Position numbers and translations under genes: made by a program
Notes under the pieces: model-generated
The model's database searches: none
The model's input: the letters and a program-made list of their open reading frames with translations, nothing else
Told to the model about the DNA's origin: nothing
Part shown: in pieces, positions 39,852-50,043 of the stretch
Numbering within the stretch: position 1 is the first letter of the stretch
Layout of the letters: every line of letters starts with the position of its first letter
Assembly: GCF_000328665.1 (NCBI RefSeq)
Contig: NC_019977.1
Span: forward strand, 1,852,011-1,916,010
DNA: 64,000 bases
Direction: 5' to 3'
From: Methanomethylovorans hollandica DSM 15978
Lineage (GTDB): Archaea; Halobacteriota; Methanosarcinia; Methanosarcinales; Methanosarcinaceae

Positions 39852-41819
39852 TTATCTTCTCCCCTTTTTAAGATGTGACACCAAAGAAAATCCTATGATC
39901 ACAGAAACAATTCCAAATCCTGGGATCCCCTTACTTTGAGATTCGTCTTCATTCTCCTCTTCCGTGGGGACCACCTGAGAATAATCACTTTCTAGTGTCA
40001 TGACAATACCTGAAAATGCCGGGTCATTGCTATAGTAATCGTAGAGACCTCCTATAAGTTCAGATGTAGTTGCATTCTCTGAAGGCAGATATGTGACCAT
40101 GAGATCTATCATTGCCTTGCTGTCGTCAACCCTTGCCTGCCCCATCTTCGAAGCCAGAGCATCTACAACAGCACTGGTGGAACCGAGCTGTTCCTCAGCA
40201 TCATATGCAAGGAACACAAAGAGATCAACATTATCCGAAAAACCGGCAAGTTCTGTCAGATCATAGGATGCAGGCACATCCACTGCCAGAGGTATCTTAT
40301 CAGTTGTAACGTTCCTTACTTCTTCAAGTAGCAAAATATTATCCTGGCATGCCTGTTCAGTGTCCTTTGTACAGGGGTCGAGCGTAATGTCTATACCATC
40401 GAAATCGGCCAATGATTTTGTGTTATAATCCAGAATAGCATTCACTGTAGATAGGAATTGGTCTTTTCCTGATGTTGCATTGATCCCTTCTGGAATAAAC
40501 AGCATAGCATACACCTTTATGCCATTTTCATGTGCAGTCTTGATGAACCTTTCCGATTTCCAGATAGAATCTTCTGTAGTCCTCAGGAAAACCATATTCA
40601 CACCTGTTGAATTGAATCGGCTGAGGATAGTATCATCATAGTCCTCCACATCAAAGTACCTTATGGACAGCACTTTTCCTTCAGGAAGGACTAATTCAGG
40701 AACCTCTGGCTCTTCAACTATTTCTTCTGCAGGCTGCTCTTCAGTTTGCATCGCTGAGAAACTGACAGTTGGTTTTTGTGAAGTGTATTTACGGACAAAA
40801 AGATAATCAATGGACATAGAACCAGTATTAGGCGAACCATCCACATAAGTATTGGATTTCAGGAACACCTTCATATTGGCTCCAGGAACGTAGGGATTCT
40901 CCTCAGTGGAAACTACATCCATTCTTGGATCCCTTACTCCATTCTTGAACCAGGATACTTTATTGATCTCATCTCCTTCCTGATACCAGGCAGTTTCCGA
41001 TACGTACCAGACATCATGCTGTACATTCACATCGGAAAGGTCCCATGGATTATATCTAATGTTGTCTTTATCATTCTTCATAGTCCATGTGACAAAGGCT
41101 TCGTTATTCAGCTCTGTTTGCATCAGTACCCAGCTGCGGGTTTCACTTCGAGCGTCCACAAAACCTTGTTCCAGGATAGGACCCCTTGTATCTTCACCAG
41201 TAGTTACCTTCTTTCTTTTAACGACAAGACTTGAATTTATCGGGAAGTCTTTCTTTGACTTGATAACTGCAAAACCGTTCGGGTGCTTTGCGGGAACGAG
41301 GAGGTTGCACACACCTGAACTGAAGACAATTTGCCCACCCCCGTTGGTATTGGTATCCCATGCACCAAAGGCAAGGCGGGATTCACTGAAATCATCAAAA
41401 AGTTCAAAGGTAGAAGCTCCGCTGCTCACATCCTCTGCCAGAGGATTCCCATAATATAACTTGATCTCTGATCGGTCATTGGCCTTTAGAGAAGGAACCT
41501 TTACCCAGACAGATGCTGTAGCAGTGCCAGCATCCCAAAACTCTGTCCAATGACTAAGCTGCATGCCAGCGAATTCCAGCCTTATGTCTTTACCTCTGGA
41601 GTCGGCTTGTGTAAAGTCGAAGTTAGAACTGTCAAGTAGTATATTCACCTGATATCCGGAAAGATCAGCACCTGAATTCTCCTGAATATATAGTGTAGAA
41701 CTGTAATTCCATTCTCCTCCACCTGCTTCTGTTAATGCATGCGCTGACCCTGCCATTAGCAGAAGAACAGTAGAAACATACAATAATTTTATGAGAGATC
41801 GTTCCATCATTTCATTCAC
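39852..41819 (-). CDS. Surface protein: DUF2341, lectin-like domain, GH-like TIM barrel and PGF-CTERM
   Basis: Signal peptide; YQV...DIR...W.E.W...VWVKVP...YYGN...FDDF; AHENGIKVYAM...FDGID; IPGF-hydrophobic-KKGRR C-terminus. Confidence 0.82.
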   Translation of the reverse strand: MNEMMERSLIKLLYVSTVLLLMAGSAHALTEAGGGEWNYSSTLYIQENSGADLSGYQVNILLDSSNFDFTQADSRGKDIRLEFAGMQLSHWTEFWDAGTATASVWVKVPSLKANDRSEIKLYYGNPLAEDVSSGASTFELFDDFSESRLAFGAWDTNTNGGGQIVFSSGVCNLLVPAKHPNGFAVIKSKKDFPINSSLVVKRKKVTTGEDTRGPILEQGFVDARSETRSWVLMQTELNNEAFVTWTMKNDKDNIRYNPWDLSDVNVQHDVWYVSETAWYQEGDEINKVSWFKNGVRDPRMDVVSTEENPYVPGANMKVFLKSNTYVDGSPNTGSMSIDYLFVRKYTSQKPTVSFSAMQTEEQPAEEIVEEPEVPELVLPEGKVLSIRYFDVEDYDDTILSRFNSTGVNMVFLRTTEDSIWKSERFIKTAHENGIKVYAMLFIPEGINATSGKDQFLSTVNAILDYNTKSLADFDGIDITLDPCTKDTEQACQDNILLLEEVRNVTTDKIPLAVDVPASYDLTELAGFSDNVDLFVFLAYDAEEQLGSTSAVVDALASKMGQARVDDSKAMIDLMVTYLPSENATTSELIGGLYDYYSNDPAFSGIVMTLESDYSQVVPTEEENEDESQSKGIPGFGIVSVIIGFSLVSHLKKGRR

Positions 41820-42213
41820 CTTTTGAACATTGGCTTTATGCTGAACATAAAAGATAAGTAAAGAGAGCTATTAAACACTCGCAATTCCTATTGTAAAATA
41901 AGATCATTACTTATTAAATAGATTACTTTTACTCCTGGTATTTTGCATGTTGATATCATTTAAAAATAGAGCATACATTTATTAGCATATAATTAACGGT
42001 ATATTTATAAATGATATTTTTTAAACACAGTAAGTCTTCATGAAATGTGAAATCAATATATTAGTAGACACGCTTTCCGATGGATATGAGAGAATGAGGG
42101 CATATATGAGGAGATTCCTAAATTCGAGTCAAATAAATGAGACACCGTAATATGTGATTACAAAGCAGGTAGATTTAAGAAAAGAAAGAGATGGAAATCA
42201 AAAATTTTCATTC

Positions 42214-42624
42214 TTACTCATAAGGTGAGATCTCATCGGGCATCGGGGTACTATGCAGTACGCATTCATTGCCATGCTCAATGAGCTCCTGGATGGCATT
42301 TTTAAGCAGTGAAGGAGATACCAATCCTACTGCTTCCTTGATGGCTTTGCCTGTACAGAAGAACTTGAACGTAGGAGCAGACCTGACACCGTATTTCATG
42401 GCCGTTACCTGGCTCTCTACACCGTTCATCCTGATAAAGGTACATGAATCCCCAAATTCATCTGCATATTCCCTGAAATAAGGTTCGATCTGTTTACAAT
42501 GCGAACATTCGGGAAGATAGAACATAACAACCATGGGCTTTTCCTGGTTTGCCAGCATTTCCTCCCAGTTAGAATCATTTAGCTCGATAATATTTCCATT
42601 TACCATAAGACCACTCTCAAACAC
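42214..42624 (-). CDS. Thioredoxin-family protein
   Basis: VVMFYLPECSHC and YGVRSAPTFKFF; ATG 42606 is an alternative start. Confidence 0.88.
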   Translation of the reverse strand: MFESGLMVNGNIIELNDSNWEEMLANQEKPMVVMFYLPECSHCKQIEPYFREYADEFGDSCTFIRMNGVESQVTAMKYGVRSAPTFKFFCTGKAIKEAVGLVSPSLLKNAIQELIEHGNECVLHSTPMPDEISPYE

Positions 42625-42782
42625 TTTTTTACCGAGATGATATTAATAAGTATTCCTCACAGTATTCCTTCAGAGCAAAATATGCATAAATAAAAAATAA
42701 ATAATATAGGATTTTTATAACATTGCGTGGGTAAGTGAATATGTTTTTTCACCCAAATTCTGTGTGATGGAAGGCCGACCCC

Positions 42783-45356
42783 TCATTTAGCAAATAGTTC
42801 TTTTGTCCCGCTTGATATCAATAAGGCAATATCCTTCAGGACGAACATCTGCCTGATCCCTTTTGGCAAAGCTATATACCGGGGTTCCCATATGGGATTG
42901 AACTTTTCTTTATAGGCCCTAAGGCCCTTGAAGTTGTAGAAGTAATCCCCATGCGTGAAAATAGTTGAACCTATTTTGTTCCACAGTGGTGCAAGTGTCC
43001 TGTTCTCAAGACCTGAAAGCGGAGACATCCCCAATGAAAAATAATTGAACCCTTTTTCCTTTCCCCATAGCATGAGCTTGGTGAAAAGATATTCCATGGT
43101 GGAATTAGAGATATTGGGATCATAACGCATAAGGTCAATAGCCATCTCTTCTTTATCGGCTGTCACCCAGATATTGGCAAAAGCAGCTATCTGATCACCC
43201 TTTTTTATGATAGCAAGAGGGAAATTAGCCAGATACTCTTTTTTAAAGGATCCCATAGAAAAACTCTTCTCTTTAGTGTTCTTGATCTCCAGCCAGGCGT
43301 CAGATATACGTTTAAGCTCCTGGGCGTGCGCGGGAATATCCTCGGACTGCATGACCTCAAAATGAAAACCATCTTTTTCCATACGCTTCACAGAATACCG
43401 GAAATCTTTTCCGGCACTGCCCTCAAGGCTGAACTCCGAAAGCTGGACCCGTGCTTCCTCTCCTATTTTGATCAAGGTCAGGCCAATATCGAGGTAATAA
43501 GGAATGTATTTCTCGCTTACTTCATAAAAAACGGTCCATCCCTGGTGAAGGTTTGTCATTTCATGGAAATCCCATATCATTTCTTTGATGTTTTTACAAT
43601 TTCCTATTGGGTCTCCCATACAGACCCAGCTTTTACCAGAGATCCCATACGCCAGGAATGAAGTTTTCTGCTCATCGAACAATACATACTTATCTTCGAG
43701 CAGAGCTAGATTTCCATTAGTATCAGTACTTTCTCTGATGATCTCCTTCACTGTATTAATTTCGTGGTTATTGGGAAGTTTGAGATCCTTACTGGAACCG
43801 CTAAGCAGTCTCATGACCCCAAAAACAGCTAAAATAATAGATATCCCTACAATCGACCTGAAGAACCTGGATACATACATATTGGTTCCAAACTGCCATA
43901 AAAGTTCTTCAGAGTATTCCATAGGTTCATGGGCAAAGAGTCCAAGCCATATGAAGCTAAGAACAACAACGGCAATGGCAATAATATTGTCCCTGCTGAA
44001 GGACTGGTTCAGGAGGGATGACTTCCTGTAAAAATGCTTCCTCTGAGGCAATAGTAATAAGAATATTGAAAAAAGGATAGCTGATTCTATATAATTCAAA
44101 CCTTTCAGGATGGAAAAGATACTTCCCAGCAAAAGTACGATCATTGATAGCATATAAGCTCCATCGACCCTTTTCCATAATCCATTGGCCAGAATAAGAA
44201 GCATGACACCTATAATACTGCTGAGGAGGCTGGAATACTCTATTAATGATAAAGGAACCAGCGTTTCTACAACACGCATACCCTCTATCTGAGGAGGTAA
44301 GGCTTCTGAGAAAAGCAGCACTGCCCCTGCAAAGAAAATGAGTGTAGCGGACAGCTGAGGTGTAAATGCAGAAACTGTAAGATATGTTTTTTTGTGTAAA
44401 TTTATTAATATCTCTTTTCTTGTATTGAACTCGCTGTATGACAGAACGATCAGCCCCACCAGGAAGGGTGTGAAATAATATACTATCCTGAACATCACAA
44501 GAGCAACGATCACTTCTTCAAGAGCTAAATGAGGAGCAAGTGCAAGGAGCATGATAGCTTCGAAAACTCCCAGTCCGCCGGAAATGGTAGTTATGTAGGC
44601 AAGGGTCTGTGCCACTAGGAACATTGCCATGAAATATGGGAAAGAGATCTCACCACTATGAGAAAGAAGGAAATAGAGGGCACTGCCTGCAAAAACAGAA
44701 TCTATAGATGAAATGAGGATCTGTAGAAGAGCAGTCCGTAAGTAAGGGAACCGGACCTCATAACTTTTTATAATAAAAGCTCTATGCTGCACACACAGCA
44801 ACAGGTACACAATAAGGAAGAGCAATAGACAGGCACCTAAAACCTTGAAAAAGATCTCATAGAAGGAAAGAGATGCAGGCAGCTCAATGGGATAAAAAGT
44901 TAATAAAGATCCTCCGACAAAGCATATACCAAGCCAGAAAGTTATACTGCAGAATGTGATCACTTTGCCTATTTGCAGCAGTGTCAGACCATAGGCAGAA
45001 TATGATCTGTAACGCAGTGAGCCACCGGTAAGAGGATTAAAACCTATGCTGTAACTGATGGAAGTACTTGTAAAAGAAGAACGGAGAATTTCCTTAAAAG
45101 ATATAGATTGACCTATGTAGCGCATGGCCAGGAAATCATAACTGATAAGGGCAATATAACTCAAAAAAGTAAACATAGAAGCAAGTACCACACTTAATGA
45201 CCCAATGTCCGTGAAACTTGCCGGTATCTGATCTAATTGCAGGGGCTGAAGCTCCCTGTCTAAGACCCATAGTGCCAGCGCAAAAATAGCAATTGGTAAC
45301 AAATAGCTTATTTTTTTTATGATTTTCTGAGCGTGGTAATTCTTTTTTTGGATCAA
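42783..45356 (-). CDS. mprF: Bifunctional aminoacyl-phosphatidylglycerol flippase/synthase
   Basis: Large multi-TM N-terminus (YD, GGSLRYR, GGLGVFE, RIVYY) and cytosolic GDPIG, KIGEEA, EKSFSMG, IDLMRY, FYNFKGLRAYKEKFNPIWEPRY. Confidence 0.93.
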   Translation of the reverse strand: MIQKKNYHAQKIIKKISYLLPIAIFALALWVLDRELQPLQLDQIPASFTDIGSLSVVLASMFTFLSYIALISYDFLAMRYIGQSISFKEILRSSFTSTSISYSIGFNPLTGGSLRYRSYSAYGLTLLQIGKVITFCSITFWLGICFVGGSLLTFYPIELPASLSFYEIFFKVLGACLLLFLIVYLLLCVQHRAFIIKSYEVRFPYLRTALLQILISSIDSVFAGSALYFLLSHSGEISFPYFMAMFLVAQTLAYITTISGGLGVFEAIMLLALAPHLALEEVIVALVMFRIVYYFTPFLVGLIVLSYSEFNTRKEILINLHKKTYLTVSAFTPQLSATLIFFAGAVLLFSEALPPQIEGMRVVETLVPLSLIEYSSLLSSIIGVMLLILANGLWKRVDGAYMLSMIVLLLGSIFSILKGLNYIESAILFSIFLLLLPQRKHFYRKSSLLNQSFSRDNIIAIAVVVLSFIWLGLFAHEPMEYSEELLWQFGTNMYVSRFFRSIVGISIILAVFGVMRLLSGSSKDLKLPNNHEINTVKEIIRESTDTNGNLALLEDKYVLFDEQKTSFLAYGISGKSWVCMGDPIGNCKNIKEMIWDFHEMTNLHQGWTVFYEVSEKYIPYYLDIGLTLIKIGEEARVQLSEFSLEGSAGKDFRYSVKRMEKDGFHFEVMQSEDIPAHAQELKRISDAWLEIKNTKEKSFSMGSFKKEYLANFPLAIIKKGDQIAAFANIWVTADKEEMAIDLMRYDPNISNSTMEYLFTKLMLWGKEKGFNYFSLGMSPLSGLENRTLAPLWNKIGSTIFTHGDYFYNFKGLRAYKEKFNPIWEPRYIALPKGIRQMFVLKDIALLISSGTKELFAK

Positions 45357-45545
45357 TATAATTCCTCTTATATTAAATTCACTATATTGATCATGCTATT
45401 TGATATTTACTCTGGTTTTGGGTGCAATGGAATTTTTCAAAAGTTCCTGAAGAAACCGAATATAAATAATGGAAAAGCATTTTATCAAAAAGGGTGTTTA
45501 GCCTAACACGCAAATTCTTCTTTTGCAAATTACGGGGCTATTTTA

Positions 45546-48350
45546 ATGGATGTTTCTGAACTTATTGAGAGAATAAAGTCTTCAAGAAGATATGAAGGCC
45601 AGATCGTACACATTGAAGACATACCTGCAAAGGACCCTTTCTATAGCTCTGTTGAACTGAAACCAATTATACACTATGCTCTGGATGAGACAGGTATCAA
45701 GCAGCTTTACGTCCATCAGGTAGAAGCTGTAGAAAAGGCCAGGGAAGGGAAGAACATCGTCCTGTCAACCAGCACTGCCAGTGGCAAATCCCTTTGCTAC
45801 ATGCTACCTATATTTGAAACCATCCTGGAAGATCCAGCGGCAACAGCACTTTACATCTCTCCTTTGAATGCGCTGGTGAACGATCAGCTCCAGACCTTCA
45901 GGAACTTCAGCCAGCTGATGGGCCTGGATATCAATATAAACAAGTTCATTGGAGCTATGTCAAAAAATGAAAAGGATGCAGTTAAGTATAACGATCCACG
46001 GATAGTATTCTCCAACCCGGATATGCTGCATCTGAGCTTTCTGCAATGGAAACATCAGTGGAAACGTTTTCTATCGAATCTTAGGTTTATCGTCCTTGAT
46101 GAAAGTCATACATACAGCGGTGTCATGGGTAGCCACATGGCAAACCTGCTTCGAAGACTTAACAGAGTATGTGATCACTATGGTGCACATCCTCAATACA
46201 TCTGCTGCACTGCCACGATCGGTAACCCTGTGGAGCACACTACCGCTTTGATAGGCAAAGATGCGGTTTTGATAGATAATGATAGTTCAGGAAGCGGACC
46301 ACAGAAATTCGTATTCTGGAATCCACCCTTGTATGCAAAATATGGGAACTTCACCATAAGGAAAGCCAGTTTCGGGGAAACGATAGACCTGTTCACAACG
46401 TTTGTTCAGAGCGGATCTCAGACAATTGCTTTTGCAAGATCGAGACAGAAAGTGGAGCGGATGTTCATCGAATCAAAGAACATTCTCGCCCACAGAGGTG
46501 CCGAACAAAAAATAAGCTCCTACAGAGGTGGTTATCACGGGCATGAACGTGAGATCATTGAGAAAGGGCTTTCCAGCGGGCAGATAGCGGGTGTTATTTC
46601 CACTAATGCACTTGAACTGGGAATTGACATCGGTGGCCTCGATGCCTGTATCATGGATGGATTCCCGGGAACAATAATGAGTGCAAGGCAGCAAGCAGGA
46701 AGGGCAGGGCGCGGACATGCGCAAAGCATAGTGGTACTTGTTGCCGATCCGAATCCTCTGGATCAGTACTACATGCGAAATCCCGGGGACTTTTTCAGAA
46801 AACAGTGTGAAGAAGCGGTGATAAATGTCTCTAACCGCTATATACAGGCAGGCCATCTGTTGTGTGCCGCCAGAGAGATCCCTTTACGTGCAGCAGATGA
46901 ACAGTATTTCGGAAATGAGTTCAGCAATATAGTGAATGTGCTGGAAGAAGAAGGATTACTTGAAGGCACTGATGAAAAAAAAGCATTGGACACTGATGCT
47001 CATATGCACGTATCTATCCGGGATATTGACAGTGATGCATATACTATTATTGACAAAGCTTCCAAAAAACCTCTGGAGAATTCTCTTTGCAGACTACAGG
47101 CTTACAGGGAGGCATTCGAAGGTGCTGTGTATATAAACAAGGGAAATGCCTATGTTGTCACTACCCAGAACCATGAAAAACGCGAGATACACGTAGAACA
47201 TACACAGAATGAATACTATACCAGGTCGATGGTATCCTCAGAAGTGATCATTAGAAATGTCTTAGAAACAAAAGCGTTGTCAACTTGCCCTGATGTAAAA
47301 GTGGGATTTGGAAGTGTGGATGTTACCCAGCAGGTAACAGGATACAAGAAATTGCAGCAGCGTACGGATAAAGAACTTGATCAATGTGCTTTGCAAATGC
47401 CTAAGTTCACTCTTGAAACAGAAGCTCTCTGGATTGAACTGCCCGGCTGGTCCATGGGGGCAGTTGCAGCACACGACAGAGATTTTGCGGGAGGGATCCA
47501 TGCTATTGAACATGCTATAATAGCGATGTACCCTTTACACCTGCTTGCTGACCGCAATGATGTAGGAGGGCTTTCCACAGCAGAACACGCTGATATAGGA
47601 GGCAGCAGTGGAATATTCGTATACGATGGACATCCGGGAGGTGTCGGTTACGCTGAGAACGGATATGATAAGATCGTTGAAATGCTGGAGGTCACTCTGC
47701 GGTCCATTGAAAGCTGTCCCTGCAAGGAAGGGTGCCCATCCTGCATCCAGTCCCCAAAATGTGGTAACAATAACAATCCACTGGACAAGGATGCTGCGAT
47801 CATCTTACTTTGCAAAATGCTCGGAAAACCTGAATATATTCCTCAGAAGAAAAAGGCCCTTAATGAAGTGAAAAAATCAGAAAAACGTATTAGTGACATA
47901 CCTGAAAACAAGGAAAGAATTGAACAGAGATTCGATCCTGTAAGCGCTCTGAACAGGGCTAGGAGAAAACTTCGCCAGAAGCAGACAAAAACAGCATCCG
48001 AATGGGTAAAGACCGGTATTTTCACTGGAAAAGAACAAAAAGATCATGAACAGGCGTATGAGTGCTTTGAAGCTGCTCTGCAGCTTGAGCCCGACAATCC
48101 TAGTGCATTGCTGAACAAGGGTATAACCTGTTTGAACCTCGATCAGAACCAGGCTGCACTTACATGCTTTAACAGGCTTATTAATATGGGTGTGGACCAG
48201 AGTGTTGTATGGAAGAACAAAGGAACTGCTCTATATCGCCTCGGAGATCCAAGAGGCGCTATAAAAGCATACGATGAGGCTTTGAGAATTAAACCAGATG
48301 ATAAGAAAGTACAGGAACTGAAAGAGAGAGCAAAGAAAATGTGTCTTTAG
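45546..48350 (+). CDS. Hrq1/MrfA(YprA)-like DEAH helicase with DUF1998 and C-terminal TPRs
   Basis: TASGKS, PLNAL, DESH, TATIGNP, NALELGIDIG, QQAGRAGR, HAIEH and CPCKEGCPSC; about 3 TPRs. Confidence 0.9.
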   Translation: MDVSELIERIKSSRRYEGQIVHIEDIPAKDPFYSSVELKPIIHYALDETGIKQLYVHQVEAVEKAREGKNIVLSTSTASGKSLCYMLPIFETILEDPAATALYISPLNALVNDQLQTFRNFSQLMGLDININKFIGAMSKNEKDAVKYNDPRIVFSNPDMLHLSFLQWKHQWKRFLSNLRFIVLDESHTYSGVMGSHMANLLRRLNRVCDHYGAHPQYICCTATIGNPVEHTTALIGKDAVLIDNDSSGSGPQKFVFWNPPLYAKYGNFTIRKASFGETIDLFTTFVQSGSQTIAFARSRQKVERMFIESKNILAHRGAEQKISSYRGGYHGHEREIIEKGLSSGQIAGVISTNALELGIDIGGLDACIMDGFPGTIMSARQQAGRAGRGHAQSIVVLVADPNPLDQYYMRNPGDFFRKQCEEAVINVSNRYIQAGHLLCAAREIPLRAADEQYFGNEFSNIVNVLEEEGLLEGTDEKKALDTDAHMHVSIRDIDSDAYTIIDKASKKPLENSLCRLQAYREAFEGAVYINKGNAYVVTTQNHEKREIHVEHTQNEYYTRSMVSSEVIIRNVLETKALSTCPDVKVGFGSVDVTQQVTGYKKLQQRTDKELDQCALQMPKFTLETEALWIELPGWSMGAVAAHDRDFAGGIHAIEHAIIAMYPLHLLADRNDVGGLSTAEHADIGGSSGIFVYDGHPGGVGYAENGYDKIVEMLEVTLRSIESCPCKEGCPSCIQSPKCGNNNNPLDKDAAIILLCKMLGKPEYIPQKKKALNEVKKSEKRISDIPENKERIEQRFDPVSALNRARRKLRQKQTKTASEWVKTGIFTGKEQKDHEQAYECFEAALQLEPDNPSALLNKGITCLNLDQNQAALTCFNRLINMGVDQSVVWKNKGTALYRLGDPRGAIKAYDEALRIKPDDKKVQELKERAKKMCL

Positions 48351-48481
48351 GAAGAGCTGATCAGTGAACCTGAAAAAGAGATGAGAATCCTGATTAACCC
48401 TCTATAATTTGTACCGGATACAAATAGAAGGGTGACCGGATTACTCACTTTTTTGAACATCAATTGGATATGCGTCTTTCA

Positions 48482-49342
48482 CTATTTCTTAATGAACTGG
48501 TTGGAGTCTAATTCCTGGAAAGCCAGGTTCAGTTCTTCTTTCGTGTTCATGACGATGGGACCGCCCCAGGCAATCGGTTCTTTTAACGGCCTGGCGGACA
48601 GGAGCAGGAAGCGGATACCCTTATCTGCGGCTTTGATCCAGAACTGGTTGCCATCACTGAAGAGAACAGCTTGCTTTTCGTCGATCAGATCATCAGGATT
48701 ATCTATATTTTTGGCAGGGTCAAAAATAGCTTGGCCTGCAAAAATATATATAAACAGAGTGTCGTGAGGATCGTTTGAGAAGGACCATTCGTGACCAGCT
48801 GCAACTTCAACATCCAAGTAGGTAGCTTTGACATATTTTCCTTCGAAAGCCCCTCTTGTACCCAGATATTCACCGGCAACTATATGGATTCTATTGCCGT
48901 TTTCCTCAATGACAGGAATGTTTTCACATTTAATGTCACCGTAACCGGGATCGGTCATTTTGTCTTTGGCAGGAAGATTCAACCACAGCTGAGCGCCAAG
49001 CAGGCGGTCGCTAGCTTTCGGCATCTCCTGATGTATAATTCCAGATCCTGCAGTCATCCACTGGCAGTCGCCATCGAGAATGCTGCCACGATTACCCAGA
49101 CTGTCACCATGCTCGATATCGCCCTTAATAAGATAGGTGATCGTCTCAATACCACGATGTGGATGCCAGGGGAATCCTTTTGTATAATCATCCGGGTTCG
49201 TAGAATCAAAGGCATCAAGCATCAGAAAGGGATCAAAGTCCTTCGTATCATTATAACCAAGGACACGGACCAACCTGACTCCTGCACCATCAACGGCTCT
49301 CTGACCACTTACGATTTTTTTAATTTCTCTTAATTGACTCAT
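48482..49342 (-). CDS. Pirin family protein
   Basis: DPFLMLD, HPHRGIETITY, QWMTAGSGIIHQE, QLWLNLP and GPIVMN. Confidence 0.94.
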   Translation of the reverse strand: MSQLREIKKIVSGQRAVDGAGVRLVRVLGYNDTKDFDPFLMLDAFDSTNPDDYTKGFPWHPHRGIETITYLIKGDIEHGDSLGNRGSILDGDCQWMTAGSGIIHQEMPKASDRLLGAQLWLNLPAKDKMTDPGYGDIKCENIPVIEENGNRIHIVAGEYLGTRGAFEGKYVKATYLDVEVAAGHEWSFSNDPHDTLFIYIFAGQAIFDPAKNIDNPDDLIDEKQAVLFSDGNQFWIKAADKGIRFLLLSARPLKEPIAWGGPIVMNTKEELNLAFQELDSNQFIKK

Positions 49343-49599
49343 AATCTGTTTCCTTCTGATATGTCATAGGATGTATGAATTTTTCTGGTATTTTCTTGAC
49401 AAAAAACGCAGAAAATAATTTTTAAATCTTTTTGAGGGTTTAGGGACAATTATTTAAACATGTAATAAAAAAACTTGCTTGCTTTACTGAAAAACTCATC
49501 GATTCTGCTCACAATTAGGTCTCCGGACCTTATCATTGAAAGTTTTAAAAAATAGAGGCATGGTAAATGATTATTTAATACAGCTAATTAAAAGACATA

Positions 49600-49842
49600 T
49601 TATTTAAGAGATTGCAGTTTCAGAATTTTTATCTTTTGGCAGTGTCCCCATTTTGTCGTAAATTCGTCTGTACCCTGTATGGCAAAGAACCCATATTTAT
49701 TTTCGCTCCTTGCAGCTTTCCACAGTCCAATCCCTTTACAAAGAAGATCCCATAATATTAATACAATGAAATGGGCCATGAATCCTGAGGCTCCCAGCGC
49801 ATGCAGGATGTCACTAACACATTGAAGCTCCCAATAATGCAT
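49600..49842 (-). pseudogene. Probable DUF5652-family remnant
   Basis: LILWDLLCKGIGLWKAARSENKYGFFAI resembles the W..WKG.ALW.AAR...WF motif; the following N..G/hydrophobic segment is absent. Confidence 0.55.
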
Positions 49843-50043
49843 TGGTATATATCAAAATATAAAATTTTGGCATATCAACATAGATAATCGTTGATATTAT
49901 AATCAGAGTATTTTAATAAGAAAAAATATTTTTAGTTATAAAAACAATATAAATAATAACATTTAAGTAGTTTTTATATTTTCTTTTTTAAGATATGATC
50001 CGTGTGAAACATTAATAAGTAGTGCCGACTACTATAAAGTAGT

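Noticed and set aside
45546..49342. DISARM- or Druantia-type defence locus
   Set aside because: Neighbours are mprF and pirin; no methylase, nuclease or other system components
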